A stretch of 64,000 nucleotides of DNA, from NCBI RefSeq assembly GCF_006345805.1, contig NC_043019.1, forward strand, positions 10,911,360 to 10,975,359. Direction: 5' to 3'. A program made the position numbers and the translations under genes. This document shows, piece after piece, positions 1 through 12,956 of the stretch (within the stretch, counting starts at the first letter, position 1; every line of letters begins with the position of its first letter). Source of the DNA: Octopus sinensis. Lineage: Eukaryota. The notes under the pieces were generated by a model. It was given only the letters and a program-made list of their open reading frames with translations, searched no databases and was not told the origin of the DNA.

Positions 1-1090
1 ACTGGTAGAATGTGTCAAAAGAAAACATTATTGTAAACAGAATAGGAAAAGATCCGACTGGTACTTGACGCCCTGGTAAGGATGAAAGGGAAAATCGACC
101 ACGGTGACATTTGGACGAAAAGTCGGAAGAAATCGCCGAAATCTGGGACTCTAACGATTCACTGAGCTCATTAAGTTTCCCTTCTTAATAAGTTACTATT
201 ATGATTGCAAATTACTAAAATGCTCGATCTGGTTTCAATACTCGGTCGTACCAACCCGTTAACACGTCACTTAACGCTGCTAATAATGGTTTTGAGAAAT
301 GTCATGAACATCACAGCTTCCTATATTAACTTTAGTGTACCTTGACTATTTAACCCACTAATTGGATATCCCATGCGGATAAGCGTCATTTAATACACAA
401 AATACTCTAGGAAATGCTTGAACATCATCACATCCACTTCGTCTCACATATTTCAAATTCATTCATTACTGACAGACGGCAAGCTGGTAGAATCATTACT
501 ACGCCAGACAAAAAAATGTTTACTATTTCTCCTGGCTATTAAGCTCTGAGTACAAATTCCTCCGAGGTCGACTTTTGTCTATCATTCTCTCAGGGTCGAT
601 AACATAAGTAGTTGCTGTGTTGTGGAATCGATGTAATCAATTTCTCCCTTCCTTCTAGCGGCAAGGGTGGTTGTGGTCTGAGCTGTGAACCTGGAAGAGG
701 TGTGTGGATATAGAGAGAGACAAACTACGGATTTCTTATTTAATTAAAAATGGTTTAAAATTTATCCAAAACCACGGCGAACAGAGAAAAATTCTATAGA
801 CGTAAACTCTATTTTGTTTCCATATTAAGAAATGAGAGGATGGCAGAAAATTTCACCAATATTTCCGAGTGTTAAGGTCAGCATATATCAGTTTGCGAAC
901 CACTGATTAAACCAGACTGGGTGGATCTAGTCCTGTCCCCGAACTTGAGATGTCTTCTAAGGCAGCAGGGGCCTCCAATTACTGGGTCGTGGGTCATTTT
1001 GTACTGAGCCGCGAAGAAATATATTTTATGTCTGTTCTATTGGCTATCGCAGTCTGCAGGGTATTTTTACATTTCGCATTATAGTATACG

Positions 1091-1480
1091 GTGCAGGCGT
1101 GGCTTTGGGGTAAGAAGTTTGCTTCTCAACTCCATGGAAGATGTCCCACTGAATGGCATCTTGGGCGAGTGTCTTCTCCTGTAGCCCTGGGTCGAGTAAA
1201 GCCTTGTGATCGAATTTGGTAGACAGAAACTGAAAGAAGCCCGTCGTGTGTGTGTGTGTGTCTTTTAAAAAAATTCTGTTTGTCTCTACACTGCTTGACA
1301 ACCGATGTTAGTTTACTTGTGTCCCCGTAACTTAGCTGGCAAAGTGACCAATAGAATTGGTACCAGACTTAAAAAAAAAAAAAAAAAAAAACGGGTGGGA
1401 TCTGTTCGATTAAACCCCACTTCAAGGTGGTACTGCAGCATAATTGCTGTCCAATGACTGAAACCTGCAAAAGATAAAAG
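1091..1480 (+). mobile_element. tRNA-derived SINE family B with internal microsatellite
   Basis: ggtgcagg.gtggct..ggtaag head, cttgggc.agtgtctt CORE-like segment, aatgactgaaac..aaaaga tail. Confidence 0.8.
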
Positions 1481-1516
1481 ATATACACACACACACATGT
1501 ATGTATGTGTGTATGT

Positions 1517-1895
1517 GCATAATGGTCTAGTGGTTAGGGCAGTGGACACGCAGTCGTAGGATCGCTGTTTCGATTCCCATACCGGGCGTTGAGAGTATTT
1601 ATTGAGTGAAAACACCTAAAGTTCGACGAGGCACTGGCTGGGGGTGGTGGCGAACCCTGCTGTACTCTCTCTCACCACAACTTTTCTCTCACTCTTTCTT
1701 CCTGTTTCTGTTGTGCCTGTATTTCAAAGGGCCAGCCTTGTTACACTCTGTGTCACACTGAATCTCCCTGAGAACTACATTAGAGATACGTGTGTCTGTG
1801 GATTGCTCAGTCACTTGCACATAAATTTCACGAGCAGACTGTTCCATTGATCGGATCAATTGGAACCCTCGTCGTCATAACTGATGGAGTGCCAC
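1517..1895 (+). mobile_element. tRNA-derived SINE family D1
   Basis: A-box tggtctagtggttagg, B-box gtttcgattccc; 3' half shared with D2; head also at ~34393-34530. Confidence 0.75.
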
Positions 1896-1917
1896 AATAT
1901 ATATAATGCATGTAGTG

Positions 1918-2222
1918 AGGGCGCGTGGCTTAGTGGTAGGGCATTCGGCTCATGATCGTAGGTTGTGATCGATTCCCGGCGACGCGTTGTGTCCTTGAGC
2001 AAGACTTATTTCACGTTGCTCCAGTCCACTCAGCTGGCAAAAATGAGTTGTACTTGTATTTCAAAGGGTCAGCCTTGTCACTCTGTGTCACGCTGATTAT
2101 CCCCGAGAACTACGTTAGGGTACACGTGTCTGTGGAATGCTCAGCCATTTGCACGTTAATTCACGAGCAAGCTGTTCGTTGATCGTATCAGCTGGGACCC
2201 TCGTCGTCGTAACCGGCGGAGT
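1918..2222 (+). mobile_element. tRNA-derived SINE family D2
   Basis: Head gcgtggcttagtgg, tgtgtccttgagcaagac domain, 3' half shared with D1; related heads at ~42757, 43137, 48922. Confidence 0.75.
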
Positions 2223-2929
2223 CTTTAGAATATATGCATGTTTTCTCTCTGTTTTTTTTTTGTTTTTCATTCTCTTGGCATTTTCTTCTTCTTAATCCTT
2301 TCTGTGGAAGAGTGTTGTCTCAAAACATAGAAGACTTTTCCATTTTTCTGCGGTAATGCTTAGCAACTTACTATTATAGTAAGTTGCTAAAATATATTTT
2401 TAACCCTTTTCATGCAAAAAGCAGATATCCACCATTCTATCTTTTGCACAGAAATGCTATGTGCACTGGGGTTGATTCATTCGACTAAACAAATTGTTCA
2501 AGGTGGTGCCCCAGCATGGCCACAGTCTAATACTGAAACAAGTGAAAGATAAAAGTTATTTGGTGCCTATATAATAATAGTGAGTTGCTAAAATATCTTT
2601 TTTAACCCTTTTCCTGCAAAAAGCAGAAAACCGCCCATCTATCTTTTGCACAGAAACGCTTATGCTTGAAACTAATTTTCTTGTTGAGATTTGTCAAATT
2701 CTTTGAGGCAGCCAAACTTGCAGAAAATAGCAATTCTATGTTGTTTTTTTTTTTGGTAGATATTTGATATAGTTTGGAATAACCATGAAATTTAATTTCA
2801 CAGTTAGAGTTAATTATCATATTTCATAGTGATGAGGACATTGTGACCTCAAAGATATACCACGAGTTTGTCTTGCATTAGCAATTTTACAAGAAGATAT
2901 TAATATGGAAGGATGCCAGACCCCCCCCC

Positions 2930-3134
2930 CCTGGCACCTGTGCAGGTGGCACATAAAAAGCACCCACTACACTCGCGGAGTGGTTGGCGTTAGGAAGGGC
3001 ATCCAGCTGTAGAAACACTGCCAGATCAGACTGGAGCCTGGTGCAGCCTTCTGCCTCCCAGACCCCAGTCGAACCGTCCAACCCGTGCTAGCACGGAAAA
3101 CGGACGTTAAACGATGATGATGATGATGATGATG
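2930..3134 (+). mobile_element. RTE-related retroelement 3' end (family C) with (GAT)n tail
   Basis: gttggcgttaggaagggcatccagc...ggacgttaaacgatgatgat; other copies at ~13688-13845(-), 22075-22296(+), 25413-25720(+), 46400-46730(-), 47200-47497(+). Confidence 0.75.
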
Positions 3135-3273
3135 AAGATCTCAGCACTTTTTACATATCTTATGCCCCTCTCCCTGAAATTTAAAATGGTTTGCTTGCTG
3201 GGCAAAATGGTTGCAGTCCAATGACAGACACAAGTAAAAGATAAAAGGTACATTTTAGGGAAATGGCACCGGG

Positions 3274-3780
3274 GTGGAATTCTGCTTCAAGCACCCATAT
3301 AACCCCATATAACTCGACTTTTTTGTCGTTTGGAATTTTCAGAAAATTTCTGCAAATTTGTGTTCTACACACAGGAATTCATACAACTATGAAAAAAAAA
3401 TTGTTTTTAATTTTTTGAAATTTAAAAAATAAATTTTTAATTTCTCAAATTTTCTTTTTAATTGCAGATTAAAATACAGACAGTCTGAATTTTTTCCTTA
3501 AATCCCAGCAACAAACCATTATATGCATTTTTGGGGAGAAAGATATTGAAAAACATCAATACACCAGTAACAAACAAACAGGGAGGGTATCAGGTGGTTG
3601 TGAGACGTGCTAAAGATAACAGCTAAATAACCATTAAATCACACAAAATTGTTTTTTTGTTTTTGCATAATCTTATGAACACTCGTGTGTAGAATCCAAA
3701 TTTGCAAAAGGTTCCTGAAAATTCCCGAAAAATATAAAAGTTATGAAGGGTTATATGGGGTGCTTTAAGTAGAATTTCCG
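3274..3780. mobile_element. Old MITE with ~130-bp imperfect TIRs
   Basis: 3275-3400 is the reverse complement of 3660-3779. Confidence 0.65.
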
Positions 3781-4293
3781 TTGGCACCAATTCTAAGAAA
3801 GATCTGTCATGGAACAACATTTTTGTGATATGTTTGATGTCTCCAAACAGCTGTCATCTCTGCCTTATAAGTTCTTATTCCCAGTCTCTCCCTTTACTTC
3901 ACTATCCAAACCCCTTTCAACTCACCCTTCTTATACTTCTTTCCCTATATATCACCATTTCCACAGCCCACCCCAATCTCTCTCATTCTTTAAAACTTCC
4001 ACTTGTTTTTTTTCTTTACTATTTTACTATTTTCTTTACTACTTTCTTTACTCTCTTTCTGTCTTATTAATGACAATCTACCTGCCTCCCTCTCTCTGTT
4101 TCTCTTATCATCTTATCTCCTATCATCTTCACCCCTATCACCACTATTTATCAGCATGGCAGGCAAAATGCTTCATGACATTTCGTCCAACTTTACATTC
4201 TGAGTTCAAATGTAGTTGGAGTTGACTTTGTCTTTCACCCTTTCAGTGTTGATTAAATAAATACCTTGGGCCACAATTTGAATCCAATATATA

Positions 4294-4424
4294 CGGGGTG
4301 TCCCCAAAAAATGTATACACACCTTAAATAATTGTAAATTTGTTATTCTTTGTAAGCCTAGTACTTATTCTATTGTTCTCTTTTGCCGAACCACTATGTG
4401 TATACATTTTTTTGGGACACCCTG
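4294..4424. mobile_element. Tc1/mariner-type MITE
   Basis: TIRs c.gggtgtccc.aaaaaatgtatacac flanked by TA. Confidence 0.75.
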
Positions 4425-4429
4425 TATAT

Positions 4430-4488
<59 letters not shown>

Positions 4489-4894
4489 TCATTTCCTCCT
4501 CTTTATAATAAATTTTTATCAATTATTGGTCTTCCATACATTCGACTTTATGAAGATGGTTTTTTTGTATGTATTTTATGGAGCTGAAAATTTGATGTAA
4601 TCAAAATGTTCTGTTGATCTGAGGAGCTACCCTTCTAAGTCTATATTGGTTTGAAAATGTACATTAGCACTATGAAATTTTAGCATGCATACTAGTGCAG
4701 ACATATAAAATAATTTATTGTACAGTGAAATAAAAATTATTTTTACATGATGAAGTTTGCGAAATGGCCACCACCCTATGGACATCATATGATAAAGTGT
4801 TAAATAAAAATGAAGTAGTTAATGCGTCAGTTAGAGAAGCATTTGCACAAAAATATGCAGAAAAGGCACCCGTCATTTGTTAATTTGTTAACAT

Positions 4895-5460
4895 TTGTTA
4901 ACCCCTATCTTGCCCAGGATATCAATCATCTGGAAGCTGTTCAGCGACGTGCAACCAAAAGAATACCCTCCATCAGGCATTTGCCATATCCTGAACGCCT
5001 TACTTCCCTGGGCATGGACACATTGAAACTCCGACGTCTGGCAGCTGACTTGGCAGACGCCCATAAGATTATTAACCATCTTACAAACAATAACTCTGAG
5101 CACCTTTTCAAACTCCACCCATCTAACACCCGTGGACATATTTACAAAGTCAGAAAACAGCACAGCTCCCATGACTTTTGGAAACATTTTTTCACGCTGA
5201 GAGTTGCTGAAGCATGGAACAAACTGCCGACATCAGTTGTTAGTTGTCGGAGCACTGCATCCTTCAAGACTTCCATGCTTCCTGAGATTTGCCAACACTA
5301 CACTTGATTTTCTCCCCTTCATCCACACGCAAGCATGTATCTGACTCATACATTGTTCGCTTTCCAGACATTTCTACATTACTGCATGTACTTTATATGC
5401 ACTTTCTGACAAGTTGTGGTGCACCTGAGCACTGTATACAATTAATTTCATTATTATTAT
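4895..5460 (+). mobile_element. 5'-truncated CR1/L2-group LINE: RT C-terminus plus 3' UTR ending in an (ATT)n tail
   Basis: LEAVQRRATKRIP..LPYPERL..LRRL..TRGH..FFTLRVAEAWNKLP motifs; the same 3' end recurs on the - strand at ~49200-49285. Confidence 0.85.
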
Positions 5461-5587
5461 AAAGTGGTGTTGCTGGGGTTGGTAAAATAAGTACCAGTTA
5501 AGTACTAGCGGTTGAAGTAATCCACTTACTCTCTCCCCAAGCGTGCTGGCCTTGTGCCAAAATTTGAAATCATTATTACACATTAAT

Positions 5588-5928
5588 GTATTTCGTCTGC
5601 TGTTACGTTCTGAGTTCAAATTCCGCCGAGGTCGACTTTGCCCTTCATCCTTTCGGGGTCGATAAATTAAGTAGCAGTTACGCACTGGGGGTCAATATAA
5701 TCGACTTAATCCCTTTGTCTGTCCTTGTGGGCAATAAAGAAATAGGTATTTCGTCTGTTGCTATGTTCTGAGTTCAAATTCTGCCGAGGTCAACTTTGCC
5801 TTTCATCTTTTTGGGGGTCGATAAATTAAGTAGCAGTTACGCACTGGGGTCGATATAATCGACTTAATCCCTTTGTCTGTCCTTGTTTGTCCCCTCTGTG
5901 TTTAGCCCCTTGTGGGCAATAAAGAAAT
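5588..5928 (+). mobile_element. SINE family A dimer without the A-box head
   Basis: Starts at gtatttcgtctg; internal junction aaagaaatag|gtatttc. Confidence 0.85.
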
Positions 5929-6659
5929 ATATACGACAGGATTCCACTCAGTTTCCCTTTACCAAATTCACTTGGAGGGTATTGGTCAGTCCAGCAGCCA
6001 TAGTAGAACACACCTGCTCAAGGTGCCACACTGTGTTAGTGAGCCTGAATCCACATGGCTGCAAAGGAAGTTTCTTAACCATACAGCAATGCCTGTGCCC
6101 AATTTTGAGGGGAGGGTGTAGTCAATTACATTAACTGTGGGACATGACTGATGCATTATTTTATGAACCTTGAAAGGACGAAAATGAAGTTGACCTTGGC
6201 AGGATTTGAACTCAGAACATAAAGAGCCGGAAGAAAGTATCTTAATAATAAGCTCGACCCAAAGAGCAGATAAGCAAGTGTTCGACCTGCTAGAACTACC
6301 AGTCAAATCACACTCAAGTCTCATTTTATCACCCTTAGGAAATGACACATTAGATAAAGTTATCCTAGATATATCCTGCTAACAAAGAAACAAAAACAAA
6401 AGAATAAACGGGATGGTCATGGCTGGAACGTTTTGACCATTGATTTACTCAATCAGGACTGACCTGGCGTAAACACAATAACAACAAAAGCAAGCTAACT
6501 AGGGGTATCAACTTCACTGGTTTCGAATCTTGTGCACAGCCCCTTGGGGTCCACACATGTAGTTAGAGGAGTCTGTGAGTTATGTTCACAATTTCTAAGG
6601 GCTTTAGTGTATAATGTAAAATTACTTAATTGCATATAATAATTAATGTGTTGTACTTT

Positions 6660-7070
6660 GGGAGGGTCATTATGCCGATAATAAACACATGCACTGGTTC
6701 CATTTCACTTCTTTGTTATTTGTCAGTTGGTTAACTATTTAGCCATTCACTTTATTGATTGTTTGGTTGATCATTTGGTTAATCAGTTATATTTGTTAAA
6801 GTTCCTTTGCTGCTATTCCCGACCTCTTCAATGGCATGCCCTCTTTACTTCAGGTTAACTTCTGGACCTTGAACATGTTTGATTGATTGATTAACTGAAC
6901 AATTGATTTGTTATTTGGTTAATTCACCAATTGGCAAATAATAAAAGAAGTGAAATAGAACCAGTGTGTGTGTTTATTGTAGGGATAATGACCCACTCGA
7001 GATACAACAAAATAATTTTCAACACTCAAATTCACATCAAGAATCTGGCAAACCAAATACAAAAACGAAA
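6660..7070. mobile_element. MITE-like element with ~70-bp TIRs
   Basis: aataaacacatgcactggttccatttcacttc is inverted at 6940-7000; second copy at 18202-18637. Confidence 0.7.
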
Positions 7071-7303
7071 TATTTTCCTTATTCAGTTACACATATCTTT
7101 TTAGTTGAGAGGTGGTCATGGCTAGAAATACATTTGCCCATAATCTGCTGGCTCAGGACCTTGGTTGAACAACAGGACCACATTTGCTGACCCAGTCCTG
7201 ATATTTGGTTCTCTTTAGCTGGTGAGAAATGTGGAATCTATTCCTTACAGAGTATTGTAAATTTAACCACTGCGATAGTATATTTGAATTTGCAAAAAAG
7301 TAA

Positions 7304-7722
7304 GGATCTTTTCGGTTTGAACAGCAGTTTTTTCTAGTGGGGTCATATGAAATTGTCACCCATAATTATGACCCTAGTATCGATCTATTGCATCTCAATC
7401 TATTTTAGGGTTAGGGTTAGGGGTGGGAGGAAGGGTACCTTTTTTTTTCTTCAGAAATGTAAATAAACCCAATCTGTTTTTTAAACGAGGGACATATTCA
7501 TACGGCACAGAATGTTTTCACCTCAATAGACGTCATTGATTGGTTGAAATTGCAGAAATTGAAGAAAAAAAACAACAAATATCTTACAAACTATAGAATT
7601 TTCTCAGTAAAGCCAAGAGAAAAAGATGTTTTATAAACACATTCTACCAGTATACGAAGTTTAAAAGTGTTTAGTTACGTGGAAATTATTTTAAAAAACT
7701 GCCGTTCAAACCGAAAAGATCC
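7304..7722. mobile_element. MITE with ~29-bp TIRs, 8-bp TSD and internal (TTAGGG)3
   Basis: ggatcttttcggtttgaac.gcagttttt / aaaaactgccgttcaaaccgaaaagatcc; TSD aaaagtaa on both sides. Confidence 0.88.
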
Positions 7723-8427
7723 AAAAGTAATGATAATACGAAAATATAAAACAATAATACCAACACCTTTGTAATTAACAGGTGAAAATGTTAGAAATGC
7801 GAATATGCGGCTAAAAATAGTGAATTCTATCGTTTCCAAACAATTTTCATCCTCAAAGACTTTTGTCATGGCACCAGAAAGGTTTGCGTCTATTTTTAAT
7901 TATTTATCGCCTTTTTATTGATTTTATTTCTACAATCAGAAGATATCTTTACGTAGTTGCCTCATCTGCAAGAAATACCAGCCAGATCTCACTCAAACCA
8001 TACTTTAATACTAGATATTCTGCATTGCAAAAAAAGATAAACAAACAGACAAACAAACAAACAAATGGTGGGTTTGTCACGGTTGGAATGCCTATGATCA
8101 TAAGTGTGTTCAAACAGGGCTTAGATGCCACTGTATTAGAGTTTAGCCTGTAGGTACAAGGAGTGATCTATCGAGGTAACAAGGAAGTCTCGACGCAGTG
8201 ACTCGATCCGCTAGAAATACCAGTCAAAATCTCCTTTTTAGCCCTCTATCATACAATAATTTAGGACTGTATTATCCAAAATTTTCTCGCAGGTCATAGA
8301 TAAGGTTTTACAAATGCGTAGCTAAACAAGATCTCTGGAAGGAATCTCATAGAACCCGTTTGTTAGGCTGTGAGAATGTTTATAAACATTCTAAAGTATA
8401 GTGTTTTTTTAATGTTTATAAAATATA

Positions 8428-8809
8428 CTAGCAGAATCGCCCGGCGTTGCTCGGGTTTGTTTCGGCCCTTTAGAATTGGAATTTTTGAAAAGTAAATATT
8501 TTGCATTATGTAGCTTGTTATTCTCTTTAAGTGAACATTTTTCTGGTTGAAATACACCGAAAAATGGTGACACAGCAGTCAAAATATCGTAAAAAAATAG
8601 GGATTTTCATAGAAAAAAAAGCACCTTTTTGGTGTTAACATGGTCCGATTTGAATTTTTTTTTACGGAAGGAAGAGCAAGCCTTCTTCTATCATACTCTC
8701 AATTTTGGTCAACTTGCGCCGCAGGGTCTCGGAGGAGATAGTGTTAGTTGAAGGCTACCAAACCTGCCATGCACAGACAACTTCAGCTTTATATATATAT
8801 ATATATAGA
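8428..8809 (-). mobile_element. Non-autonomous Helitron
   Basis: Minus strand 5'-TC...CCCGAGCAACGCCGGG hairpin...CTAG-3', inserted between A and T. Confidence 0.85.
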
Positions 8810-8953
8810 TTATAAAACTGCAATTAAGTCAGTTTAATTAGTCTTTGTAATTAATCACGATCGCTCTTGTGGGCTCATAAAAGTATTATTTACACATATG
8901 TGGAATCCTGTAATATCTACAAAAATTCTAACGTTTACTCTGTTGTATGTGTA

Positions 8954-9138
8954 CGAGGGGTTGCTGAAAAAGTTCCTGGTTTTGGGTAAAAGAAAATCCA
9001 AAAGGATCAGTTAATTACGATTTTATTCAACATATTCTCCTCTCTCAGATTCACACCCTTATTGCTGCAGGTTGGGCCTCTAACCAGGTCTTTCGCGACA
9101 CCTTTATAAAAGCCAGGAACTTTTTCAGCACCACCTCA
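8954..9138. mobile_element. Mariner-type MITE
   Basis: ta|cgagggg.tgctgaaaa.gttcctgg TIRs; siblings at ~44533-44721 and ~56733-57103 (the latter with a SINE A insertion). Confidence 0.75.
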
Positions 9139-9330
9139 TATAAAATTTAGCTTGAAAGGGTAATTAACCCCGTTTAATTAATTCAAATGGTTCACTTATG
9201 TAAAGTGATGATTTATTTGTAAATTGGATGAAGAATGCAGTATGTTTCTTTGTGGTTCCTTCTGGGGTTTTTTGCTCCGGAGTTGGTTTACGCACAGATA
9301 CAACTTCACCACATACACACACATTCGATT

Positions 9331-9375
<45 letters not shown>

Positions 9376-10012
9376 CACACATACACACACACAATTGCAG
9401 CGTGGAAGGTGTTTATAAGCCATTTAAGAAACACACAAAAGCCGTTCGATTCACTTCAACATTAAAGTTTAATTTGTCAAAATATTTTCGTCGCTAAAAT
9501 CCGCGACCTGTTCACTGACAAAAATCCGTGCTGCATATATATAAAAATGTACACACAACACACACGCGGTGTTTACATACATATTCGACACCTTTCTCTA
9601 TATACACCACACAGGCACATATATATGTATATACGTGTATATATGCACAACTGTTTACTTACAGATTCGACAATTTTACCCAGAACATATTGGGATAATA
9701 TTGTCGGGGATTAAACTCGGGCCGGAAGAAAGAGAAGGGATCGTTTTGACTAAGTTGGGAGGCCTAACTAGATCAGAGATGACTTGGAGCTTAAGCAACA
9801 ACGATAATGGTCAGCGTCCTAACACAGCCATTTGATTTTTTGGAAATATCAGTGGAATCTTTCCTCAAATAACGCTCGACTGTCTTTAAGATATACACAG
9901 CACAGGATAATGTGTTCCTGGGGGACGCCGTTGGTCATAGACATTGTCAACCAGGGCTGACCAAAATAAAATAAATTTAGGGGTGTGTCCATCCAAAGAC
10001 GTTCCTACTTAG

Positions 10013-10424
10013 GGATCTTTTCGGTTTGACCGGCAGATTTTTTAAATAATTTCCACGTAACTAAACACTTTTAAACTTCGTATACTGGTAGAATGTGTTT
10101 ATAAAACATCTTTTTCTCTTGGCTTTCTTGAGAAAATTCTATAGTTTGTAAGATATTTGTTGTTTTTTTTTCTTCAATTTCTGCAATTTCAACCAATCAA
10201 TGACGTCTATTGAGGTGAAAACATTCTGTGCCGTATGGAAATGTCCCAAGTTTAAGAAACAGATTGGGTTTATTTACATTTCTGAAGAAAAAAAAGATAC
10301 CCTTTCCCCCACCCTAACCCTAAAACAGATTGAAATGCAATAGATCGATACTAGGGTCATAATTATGGGTGACAATTTCATATGACACCGCTAGAAAAAA
10401 CTGCCGTTCAAACCGAAAACATCC
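10013..10424. mobile_element. Second copy of the same MITE in inverted orientation
   Basis: Reverse complement of 7304-7722; no TSD visible. Confidence 0.85.
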
Positions 10425-10698
10425 AAATTCCGATATATCTGATTTCTACAGTAAAAGGATTAAGTAAAGGACTACATTTAACAGAATAATCTGAATGCGT
10501 AAGAGTTAAACTTCGTTATAGACACTGTATTGTTGTGTGTGTTTCCAAGCAATGAAATACTTGCCTCAGTTTATCTGGCTGATAAAACAGGCTCCACTCT
10601 TCATGGTTGTCATCAGTTATTGGATGAAGAATTCCATATTTAAAAAGCAACTGTTGTAGGAACCGTTCCTGTTTTTGGTGATAGGTAGGTTTACTCCA

Positions 10699-12956
10699 AG
10701 GTGACGAGCTGGCAGAAACGTTAGCATACTGGGCGAAATGCTGAATGGTATTTCGTCTGCCGCTACGTTCTGAGTTCAAATTCCGCCGAGGTCAACTTTG
10801 CCTTTCATCCTTTTGGGGTCGATTAAATAAGTACCAGTTACGCACTGGGGTCGATATAATCGACTTAATCCGTTTGTGTGTCCTTGTTTGTCCTCTCTGT
10901 GTTTAGCCCCTTGTGGGTAGTAAACAAATAGATATTTCATCTGCCGCTACGTTCTGAATTCAAATTCCGCTGAGGTCGACTTTACCTTTCAATCCTTTCG
11001 GGGTCGATTAAATAAGTACCAGTTACGCACTGGGGTCGATATAATCGACTTATCCGTTTTGTGTGTCCTGTTTGTCCTCTCTGTGTTTAGCCCCTTGTGG
11101 GTAGTAAACAAATAGATATTTCATCTGCCGCTACGTTCTGAATTCAAATTCCGCTGAGGTCGACTTTACCTTTCATCCTTTCGGGGTCGATTAAATAAGT
11201 ACCAGTTACGCACTGGGGTCGATATAATCGACTTAATCCGTTTGTGTGTCCTTGTTTGTCCTCTCTGTGTTTAGCCCCTTGTGGGTAGTAAACAAATAGA
11301 TATTTCATCTGCCGCTACGTTCTGAATTCAAATTCCGCTGAGGTCGACTTTACCTTTCATCCTTTCGGGGTCGATTAAATAAGTACCAGTTACGCACTGG
11401 GGTCGATATAATCGACTTAATCCGTTTGTGTGTCCTTGTTTGTCCCGCTCTCTGTGTTTAGGCCCCTTGTGGTAGTAAACAAATAGATATTTCATCTGCC
11501 GCTACGTTCTGAATTCAAATTCCCTGAGGTCGACTTTACTTTCATTCATCCTTTCGGGGTCGATTAAATAAGTACCAGTTACGCACTGGGGTCGATATAA
11601 TCGACTTAATCCGTTTGTGTGTCCTTGTTTGTCCTCTCTGTGTTTAGCCCCTTGTGGGTAGTAAACAATAATATTTCATCTGCCGCTACGTTCTGAATTC
11701 AAATTCCGCTGAGGTCGACTTTACCTTTCAATCCTTTCGGGGTCGATTAAATAAGTACCAGTTACGCACTGGGGTCGATATAATCGACTTAATCCGTTTG
11801 TGTGTCCTTGTTTTGCCTCTCTGTGTTTTGGTCCCTTGTGGGTAGTAAACAAATAGATATTTCGTCTGCTGCTATGTTCTGAGTTCAAATTCCGCTGAGG
11901 TCGACTTTACCTTTCATCCTTTCGGGGTCGATTAAATAAGTACCAGTTACGCACTGGGGATCGATATAATCGACTTAATCCCTTTGCCTGTCCTTGTTTG
12001 TTTCCTCTATGTTTAGCCCCTTGTGGGTAGTAAACAAATAGATATTTCGTCTGCTGCTATGTTCTGAGTTCAAATTCCGCTGAGGTCGACTTTACCTTTC
12101 ATCCTTTTTCGGGGTCGATTAAATAAGTACCAGTTACGCACTGGGGATCGATATAATCGACTTAATCCCTTTGCCTGTCCTTGTTTGTTTCCTCTATGTT
12201 TAGCCCCTTGTGGGTAGTAAACAATAGATATTTCGTCTGCTGCTATGTTTGAATTCAAATTCCGCTGAGGTCGACTTTACCTTCATCCTTTCGGGGTCGA
12301 TTAATAAGTACCAGTTACGCACTGGGGTCGATATAATCGACTTAATCCGTTTGTGTGTCCTTGTTTGTCCTCTCTGTGTTGTTTAGCCCCTTGTGGTAGT
12401 AACAAATAGATATTTCATCTGCCGCTACGTTCTGAATTCAAATTCCGCTGAGGTCGACTTTACCTTTCATCCTTTCGGGGTCGATTAAATAAGTACCAGT
12501 TACGCACTGGGGATCGATGTAATCGACTTAATCCGTTTGTGTGTCCTTGTTTGTCCTCTCTGTGTTTAGCCCCTTGTGGGTAGTAAACAAATAGATATTT
12601 CATCTGCCGCTACGTTCTGAATTCAAATTCCGCTGAGGTCGACTTTACCTTTCATCCTTTCGGGGTCGATTAAATAAGTACCAGTTACGCACTGGGGATC
12701 GATGTAATCGACTTAATCCGTTTGTGTGTCCTTGTTTGTCCTCTCTGTGTTTAGCCCCTTGTGGGTAGTAAACAAATAGATATTTCGTCTGCTGCTATGT
12801 TCTGAGTTCAAATTCCGCTGAGGTCGACTTTACCTTTCATCCTTTCGGGGTCGATTAAATAAGTACCAGTTACGCACTGGGGGGGTCGATGTAATTGACT
12901 TAATCCATTTGTCTGTCCTCTCTGTGTTTAGCTTCTTGTGGGTAGTAAAGAAATAG
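10699..12956 (+). mobile_element. tRNA-derived SINE family A: one head plus 12 tandem ~184-bp body units
   Basis: A-box tggcagaaacgttag, B-box gagttcaaattcc; unit starts ~10748, 10931, 11116, 11299, 11486, 11670, 11856, 12041, 12226, 12409, 12594, 12779; flanked by TSD taggtttactcca. Confidence 0.9.

Noticed and set aside
7405-7422. (TTAGGG)3 as a telomere or fusion site
   Set aside because: Internal part of a MITE present in two copies
10495-10504. ATGC|gtaaga as the REX1BD start exon
   Set aside because: A phase-1 donor would put the next exon out of frame
10748-12956. Regular array resembling a CRISPR or tRNA gene array
   Set aside because: Units are contiguous near-identical SINE bodies with no unique spacers, no cas genes and no complete tRNA
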